From Candidatus Magasanikbacteria bacterium CG10_big_fil_rev_8_21_14_0_10_36_32 (GTDB lineage: Bacteria > Patescibacteriota > Patescibacteriia > Magasanikbacterales > GWA2-37-8), in NCBI GenBank assembly GCA_002778465.1, contig PFBV01000005.1, positions 7,534 to 71,533 of the forward strand: DNA of 64,000 bases, written 5' to 3'. Under the pieces are notes generated by a model. The model was not told the DNA's origin, searched no databases, and saw only the letters and a list, made by a program, of their open reading frames with translations. This document shows, piece after piece, positions 58,267-64,000 of the stretch. The translations under genes were made by a program, and so were the position numbers. Position 1 is the first letter of the stretch, and each line of letters opens with the position of its first letter.

Positions 58267-59214
58267 ATGAAAAATAATAAGTATATTCAAGAAATTGAAA
58301 CCAAGGGCATTAAGTGGATAAATGTATCAAAACAGTCCGAACCAGAATTGAATTATTTGCAAAAGCAGTTTGATTTGGACGAATTAGATATTAAAGAAAG
58401 TTTGCCGCCATTTCAACGCGCCAAAATCGCTAAGCGTCCGGATTATTATTTTATGGTTTTGCATTTTCCAATTTTTGATCGCGTTAGTCGGCGGCTATTG
58501 TTTACCGAAGTCGATTTCTTTTTAAGCCATAATTATTTAATTACAGTTCATGATGGAAAATTGATTGCTTTGGAACAATTTTTTAATCAGTGCAAGAAAT
58601 ATCCGCAAATGAGCAATGAATATTTTACCGGTTCAGCGGTGCATATTTTATTTGAATTATTAAACAGAATGTTGGAAGCGATTTTTCCTATTTTATTGCA
58701 TGTTAATGATGATATTACTTTGGTGGACAAAAAATTATTTACTCATATCTCCGGACAAGAAATGGCGGAAGAGGTTTTACGCTTAAAAACCAATGTAGTT
58801 ACTTTTCGTCGGACTATGCAGGGACACAGAACGGTGATGGAACGTTTGATTTTGTATAGTGGAATGTTTAATGATAAAAATTTGGATTTGCAAGCACAGC
58901 AGCATTACATTAACAGTTTGCGTGAATTTACTTCTGAAATTTGGCATATGTTGGAGAATCAAAGAGAAAGCATTAATGCTTTACATGAAACCAATGAGTC
59001 AATTATTAGTTTGCGTACCAACCAAGTAATGAAAATTTTGACTATAATCTCAGTGATTACTTTTCCATTATCGTTGTTGGCGGCGATTTTTGCCATTGAC
59101 GCGCCTGGCCGACCGTTTGTTGATTGGCCTTATGGATTTTGGATTATTTGTGGATTAATGGTTCTTGGCGCGACATTTATGATTTCTTTGTTTAAAAAGA
59201 AAAAATGGCTGTAA
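58267..59214 (+). CDS. corA: CorA-family divalent cation transporter
   Basis: WINV, YLITVH, NQVMKILT and two C-terminal TM helices; the GMN motif is replaced by AID. Confidence 0.85.
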   Translation: MKNNKYIQEIETKGIKWINVSKQSEPELNYLQKQFDLDELDIKESLPPFQRAKIAKRPDYYFMVLHFPIFDRVSRRLLFTEVDFFLSHNYLITVHDGKLIALEQFFNQCKKYPQMSNEYFTGSAVHILFELLNRMLEAIFPILLHVNDDITLVDKKLFTHISGQEMAEEVLRLKTNVVTFRRTMQGHRTVMERLILYSGMFNDKNLDLQAQQHYINSLREFTSEIWHMLENQRESINALHETNESIISLRTNQVMKILTIISVITFPLSLLAAIFAIDAPGRPFVDWPYGFWIICGLMVLGATFMISLFKKKKWL

Positions 59215-59226
59215 TTAAATAAAATC

Positions 59227-59346
59227 AAAAGATCGCCTTGTTGCAACTTGGCGATCTTTTTAAATTGACTAAATACTTGTCATGTGCTAAGTTACTTTTG
59301 GTGTTCTTTAAAAATTATTCAGCCAAAAAGTCACTTTGGTCGGAGG
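59227..59346 (+). promoter_or_regulatory. corA terminator, then promoter + box + SD
   Basis: AAAAGATCGCC/GGCGATCTTTT; TTGACT(59265)-17-(TGc)TAAGTT; GTTCTTTAAAAA at 59303; GGAGG. Confidence 0.78.
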
Positions 59347-59351
59347 AAACA

Positions 59352-60140
59352 ATGAGTCAGAAAAAAGAGTCTATGAGTCGTTTGGAAAAAGATTTGCTGG
59401 CGGCTACAGTTTTTTGTATCATGATTGTAAATATAACGGTTAAGGATGAAAAAACCGGCAGGAAAAAGAGGCAGGACGATGTTCGTCAATTTTCCGCCAC
59501 CGCCTTTGAAAAGGAAGGCAACATTTATCGATTTATAGCGGCGGCGCATTGTATTGGTGACAATAATCAGATGTGTGATGATATTATGAATAATTCGTTG
59601 AAAATTCCTCCCATGATTTATTTGTCCAAAAATAGTCTGGCTACTAAACAGGGTATCTATAGAGCTAAATTAGTAGCTATGGGAAAATTGTCTGAAGGTG
59701 AAGATTTTGCCGTTTTGGAAGCGGAAATAAACGATTGTGAAATAACGGTTATCCCATTAGTAGATTCTAATTTGGAAATGGGCGATGAAGTCATTAATAT
59801 TGCCACGCCAATTGGTTGGGACAAAACATTGTTTCGTGGTTATGTCGCCAATCTAAATATGGATAAATTTAAATATTCCATCGGAGAAGATTCAATTGAA
59901 ATTAAAACTGCCATACTGTGCAGTCTGCCATCTGGACCTGGTTCTTCCGGTTCAGCCATTGTCAGTGAAAAACATGGCGGCATTGTGGCAATTTTAGTAT
60001 CCAGTTTGAAATCCGGAAAAAAAACAATTGCGCCCGTTTCGGTTGTTTTACCGATTAGAATGTTTAAAGAGTTTTGGAAGATGTTTAAATTGGAAATTAA
60101 ATCTAATCAATATTTTGAAGAAAATATTGATTTTGTTTAA
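59352..60140 (+). CDS. Trypsin-like peptidase paralog 5 (no signal peptide)
   Basis: AAAHC, EDFAVL, GPGSSGSA; start follows GGAGG. Confidence 0.85.
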   Translation: MSQKKESMSRLEKDLLAATVFCIMIVNITVKDEKTGRKKRQDDVRQFSATAFEKEGNIYRFIAAAHCIGDNNQMCDDIMNNSLKIPPMIYLSKNSLATKQGIYRAKLVAMGKLSEGEDFAVLEAEINDCEITVIPLVDSNLEMGDEVINIATPIGWDKTLFRGYVANLNMDKFKYSIGEDSIEIKTAILCSLPSGPGSSGSAIVSEKHGGIVAILVSSLKSGKKTIAPVSVVLPIRMFKEFWKMFKLEIKSNQYFEENIDFV

Positions 60141-60182
60141 TTTAGAGGTTGTCACGGAAAAATCGGCTGAATAATATTTTTT

Positions 60183-60301
60183 GTTCTTTCTTAAATTTAC
60201 CCCGATTCAAATCGGGGTTTTTATTTTATCTCTTGACCATCTTATATATAGTTGGTAGATTACCTTATTGTTCTTTTACAATAACAACGCTTAAGGAGGC
60301 G
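60183..60301 (+). promoter_or_regulatory. Box + terminator, then promoter + box + SD
   Basis: GTTCTTTC; ACCCCGAT/ATCGGGGT-T-run; TTGACC(60233)-17-(TGg)TAGATT; GTTCTTTTACAA at 60270; AAGGAGG. Confidence 0.8.
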
Positions 60302-60305
60302 AAAA

Positions 60306-61232
60306 ATGGTTAAGAAGAATGAATCCGGACTTGTTACTCAACCTAAAGAAAGTTTTTTGTCGCCATTGGAACAAAAGGCGATGGCGGCAACCGGTGTGAT
60401 GACATCTATGATGGAAGCTGTAGATAGTGCTACTGGAGAAAAATTTTTGATACCTCGGGGTATGTGTACAGCCACGGCCTTCAAACGCCGTGGCAATGTC
60501 TATTATTTTATTACCGCCGCGCATTGCGCTGGTATAGCCGGACCTACTCAGGGTGATATGTGTTTACCTGAAGATAGTGATCGTGGTTTTATTAGAGTAA
60601 TGCCATGGAAATGGTTTATTGATTTGAGCGAAGGCGGTTTATCACTGTCTGTTTTGCATGAAGCAGAACTTTATTCCATTGGTCACACTGGACAAGGCGA
60701 TGATTTTGCTGTTTTTAAAGTTAAGTTGCAAAAACCTATTCCAGTTATGCCACTGGCTCTCTGGGATCCGCGAGTTGGTGAGCCCGTCATCAATGTGGCC
60801 GCGCCGGCGAATTTGGGCAAGCAGCTTTTTCGTGGTCATGTCAGTAGAGAATATTTTTCGACTAGGGGTGACAAAGATGCGGGAAAGGTTTTGTTTCAGT
60901 TGCCGTGCGCCCCAGGTTCTTCCGGTTCGTCCATTATTAGTCAGTCGCAAAAAGGTATTATTGCTATTTTGAATGAATCAATTAGTATTTCTTCGACCAC
61001 AGATGATGGTAAAGAATTTGTTACTCAACTTAATTCTGCCGCTTTGCCTGTTAGTCGGTTCGTGAAGTTTTGGAAATTATCCGAAAAAGGTGAATACCCT
61101 TATCCGGCTTTTGTTCCGTTGAATTTTCAGCCATGGATGCTTGGCTTGGAGGATATACCCGAATTAAACGATGCTTGTGGCAATTGTGAAGGTTGTGAAT
61201 GTCATTCTAAAAAAAACATTCACGGAAGATGA
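60306..61232 (+). CDS. Trypsin-like peptidase paralog 6 (no signal peptide; Cys-rich tail)
   Basis: TAAHC, DDFAVF, APGSSGSS; C-terminal CGNCEGCECH. Confidence 0.85.
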   Translation: MVKKNESGLVTQPKESFLSPLEQKAMAATGVMTSMMEAVDSATGEKFLIPRGMCTATAFKRRGNVYYFITAAHCAGIAGPTQGDMCLPEDSDRGFIRVMPWKWFIDLSEGGLSLSVLHEAELYSIGHTGQGDDFAVFKVKLQKPIPVMPLALWDPRVGEPVINVAAPANLGKQLFRGHVSREYFSTRGDKDAGKVLFQLPCAPGSSGSSIISQSQKGIIAILNESISISSTTDDGKEFVTQLNSAALPVSRFVKFWKLSEKGEYPYPAFVPLNFQPWMLGLEDIPELNDACGNCEGCECHSKKNIHGR

Positions 61233-61298
61233 ACCATCGGAATCACTTTTAGAAAAATAGGGTATTTCTTCGACTGAAGAAGTGTCTGAATAATTTTT

Positions 61299-61333
61299 GT
61301 TCTTTTTACCCCACCTATTTAGGTGGGGTTTTT
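61299..61333 (+). terminator. Box + intrinsic terminator
   Basis: GTTCTTTTT, then ACCCCACCTA/TAGGTGGGGT and a T-run. Confidence 0.8.
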
Positions 61334-61337
61334 ATTT

Positions 61338-61369
61338 TAAATAATACCCATTTAAATGGGTATTATTTA
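61338..61369. repeat. 32-bp perfect palindrome, likely cysS terminator
   Basis: TAAATAATACCCATTTAAATGGGTATTATTTA; core identical to 20478-20499. Confidence 0.75.
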
Positions 61370-61393
61370 TTTCAACATTCAAAAATTTATTTT

Positions 61394-62920
61394 TTATATT
61401 TTTGTTACTTTTGTTCCGGTAGTGTCGTCTTCAACCTGATATCCAAGTACAATCAGTCGATCGCGAATTTCGTCGCTGGTTTGCCAATTTTTATTTTTTC
61501 TCGCTTCATCCCGTTTAAAAATCAATTGTTGTATTTCTTTTGGCAATTCTTCTTGTTGATCAAGTTTTTCTACCTGATTTTTTATATCCAAACCAAAAAT
61601 TTCGTCAAATTTTAAAATTGTTTGCCAGTTGATTTGTTTATTTTTTATAGCCGTCCAAACTCCGGCCAGTGCTTTTGGTGTATCCAAATCATTATTAACC
61701 GCTGTTAAAAATTCATTTTCCAAGTTAATGTCGGTTTTAATTTCTTTGGTTTTTAATTCTGCCGCCGCTTGGTATAAATGATGTACACCGCTGGCAGCTG
61801 CTTCTAACGCTTCCCAAGAAAAATTTAATTGTTTGCGATAATGAGTTTGCAGTAAAAAGTAGCGGTAGGCTAGAGAGTCAATTCCTTTCTCTTTCAGCGT
61901 ATTCACAGTGATAAAATTGCCGGACGATTTGGACATTTTTACATAATTCATTAAACCACATTTGGGACATTTGCCCATTTGATTTTCTGATCTACCTTCT
62001 CTATTTATCCCCTGAATTGCGATTTTATGTATCATTTTAGGAATATATTTTTCACCACACGATTCACAAATTACCTCATCGTTTGTATTTGTCGGAGGAA
62101 TTTTTATAAATTCATTATGTAACCAGTAATTTGCCATTGTTTTTCCGTTGGCGGTTTCGCTTTGGGCTATTTCATTAGTGTGATGGACGGGAACATGATC
62201 AATACCGCCACAATGAATATCAAATGGCTGACCGAGATATTTTACCGACATAGCCGAACACTCAATATGCCAGCCAGGAAAACCAACGCCCCAAGGACTG
62301 CTCCATTCCATCTGTCGTTTTTGTCCAAATGGTGAAAATTTCCACAAAGCAAAATCAGTTATATTTTTTTTGCCACCCATGTTCACTCTGGCTCCGCCAA
62401 GCAATTCGTCTTTATTCAACTGCGCTAATTTGCCGTAATCGTTTAATTTGGAAGTGTCAAAATAAATTCCGTCGGAAGTTTCATAAATAAAACCTTTTTT
62501 CTCAAGTTTTTTTATAAGTTTAATTTGTTCTTTAATGTGAACGGTTGCTCGGCACCAAATATCCGGTTCCTCAATATTTAAATCGGCTAAATTTTCTCGG
62601 AATGCCTTGATATAAAAAGCGGCGATATCCCAAGCGCTTTTTCCTTCGCGCTTGGCTCCTTTTTCCATTTTATCTTCACCTTCGTCGGCGTCGCTGGTTA
62701 AATGTCCGACGTCGGTGATGTTCATTACATGTTTAACTTTATAACCATTATATTTTAAGACACGTTTTAAAATATCTTCAAAAATATAGGAACGAAGATT
62801 TCCGATGTGTGCGTAATTATAAACCGTCGGGCCGCAAGTGTATATTCCAACTTTTCTGTCTTTAATTGGTTTAAATTCTTCAATTTTTCTATTTAAAGTG
62901 TTGTATAGATTGATATTCAT
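61394..62920 (-). CDS. cysS: Cysteine--tRNA ligase
   Basis: [20 protein letters not shown] and KMSKS motifs. Confidence 0.97.
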   Translation of the reverse strand: MNINLYNTLNRKIEEFKPIKDRKVGIYTCGPTVYNYAHIGNLRSYIFEDILKRVLKYNGYKVKHVMNITDVGHLTSDADEGEDKMEKGAKREGKSAWDIAAFYIKAFRENLADLNIEEPDIWCRATVHIKEQIKLIKKLEKKGFIYETSDGIYFDTSKLNDYGKLAQLNKDELLGGARVNMGGKKNITDFALWKFSPFGQKRQMEWSSPWGVGFPGWHIECSAMSVKYLGQPFDIHCGGIDHVPVHHTNEIAQSETANGKTMANYWLHNEFIKIPPTNTNDEVICESCGEKYIPKMIHKIAIQGINREGRSENQMGKCPKCGLMNYVKMSKSSGNFITVNTLKEKGIDSLAYRYFLLQTHYRKQLNFSWEALEAAASGVHHLYQAAAELKTKEIKTDINLENEFLTAVNNDLDTPKALAGVWTAIKNKQINWQTILKFDEIFGLDIKNQVEKLDQQEELPKEIQQLIFKRDEARKNKNWQTSDEIRDRLIVLGYQVEDDTTGTKVTKI

Positions 62921-63076
62921 ATATTGAAAAGATGATGTTGATATTTTATCCTAAAATAAGGAAGTTATCAACAGGGGATACCATAAATTGTCTTTATTTG
63001 ATATAATATAATCAATAAACTAATATGGATTTCGTCTGTTTAGTTGTTTATTGGATTTTAAAATTACTATCTTATT

Positions 63077-64000
63077 ATGTGTTCATTATTTTCAAAACCA
63101 AAATCTTATTTAGGAGTTGATTTGGGTGCCGGTGGCATAAAAGTAGTAGAGGTACAGGAAGTTAAAAAACGTCCCATGCTTTTTACTTATGGTTTTACTT
63201 CGGAATTTCAGGACATTCATCGTTTATCGGCTGGCAAAGAAATAGAACCGGAAGATTTTCAGGTTGAACAAACTGAAGGAATTCGGCCAGTGAAAAAGAA
63301 TTTGCCACAGATTGGAATAAGTGAACAAAAAATAGACAAATACGCCGCTACGTTGAAAGAAGTTTGTCGCCAAGCAAAAACCAGTTCTAAAAATGCTTCA
63401 GTCAGCTTGCCTGTTTCGGCGGTTTTTCATTCTATTGTCACTTTGCCGAAAGTTAATGAGAAAGATTTAAATTCAATTTTAAAAGCGGAAGTAAAAAAGC
63501 TTTTGCCATATCCGATAGATGATATGGTTTTAGATTATCAGATTTTAGAAAAATTTTCTGATGAGCGGCATAAAAAAATAATGGTGAATGCTGTGCCGAA
63601 GAGTATTGTGGAATTTTATACCAAAGTTTTTCAACGTGCTGGTTTGATATTAGATTCATTGGAGCCGGAATCAACCGCTTTAGAGCGGGCTTTGGTGGGT
63701 CGTGATCAGGCGGTGACGATGTTGATTGATATGGGCGCAGAACGTACTAATTTGTTTATTATTGATCAAACTGTTCCAATTACCAACCATACGATTGAGT
63801 CTGGCGGAAATAAAATAAATAAAATTTTATCGGCCACTCTTGGTGTGGATGAAAAATTGGTTGAGCGAATGAAGCGTGATTTGTTTGATAATTCATCAAA
63901 ATCAAACAATGGACAAAAATTAGACAAAGAAAATTTTATTAAATTATTGGATCCGATTATTGATCCGATTGTTAAACAGATTGAGTATAGTTTTGATTTG
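63077..64000 (+). CDS. pilM: Type IV pilus assembly protein PilM (3' partial; not in the ORF track)
   Basis: MCSLFSKPKSYLGVDLGAGGIKVVE...LFTYG; LPYPIDDMVLDY; MLIDMGAERT. Frame appears open to the window end. Confidence 0.85.
   Translation, partial: MCSLFSKPKSYLGVDLGAGGIKVVEVQEVKKRPMLFTYGFTSEFQDIHRLSAGKEIEPEDFQVEQTEGIRPVKKNLPQIGISEQKIDKYAATLKEVCRQAKTSSKNASVSLPVSAVFHSIVTLPKVNEKDLNSILKAEVKKLLPYPIDDMVLDYQILEKFSDERHKKIMVNAVPKSIVEFYTKVFQRAGLILDSLEPESTALERALVGRDQAVTMLIDMGAERTNLFIIDQTVPITNHTIESGGNKINKILSATLGVDEKLVERMKRDLFDNSSKSNNGQKLDKENFIKLLDPIIDPIVKQIEYSFDL

Noticed and set aside
62960-62975. DnaA-box-like TTATCAACA suggesting an origin
   Set aside because: Single mismatched box with no cluster and no dnaA nearby.
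1043-63674. Many short antisense or out-of-frame ORFs in the track
   Set aside because: They are shadows of long, well-supported genes and have no motifs or start signals.
1-64000. CRISPR array, rRNA, transposase or prophage genes
   Set aside because: No regularly spaced repeats or recognisable genes of these types were seen.

Overview
AT-rich 64-kb segment that reads like a Patescibacteria (CPR, Parcubacteria/ABY1-like) chromosome. This assignment is inferred from gene content: VirB2/TrbC-pilin-headed giant proteins, a VirD4-like ATPase, pilM, and housekeeping genes without Shine-Dalgarno (SD) sites. Gene order: giant pilin-domain surface proteins; ybeY-dgkA-ftsA-ftsZ-nrdR-pyk; a Zn-phospholipase C-like gene pair; a fermentation cluster (NuoF-like subunit, ECF S-like protein, [FeFe]-hydrogenase, 2-oxoacid:ferredoxin oxidoreductase, ADP-forming acetate-CoA ligase); secA; GNAT/NUDIX/HAD/Maf; secD (with PPIase insert)-secF; dusB; a peptidase-rich region with six trypsin-like paralogs; tRNA-Gln; dnaX; VirD4-like ATPase; corA; cysS; partial pilM. 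The most striking signal is a repeated design shared by about nine accessory transcription units: sigma70 promoter, then a boxA-like GTTCTTTAACAA motif at the predicted transcript start, a strong SD, the ORF, a second boxA-like motif and an intrinsic terminator. Most core genes here lack both the box and the SD. Other highlights are a candidate structured ncRNA, a tRNA-Gln nested inside a broken copy of itself, and a dual-frame break in pyk. All calls come from reading motifs by eye; no searches were run.
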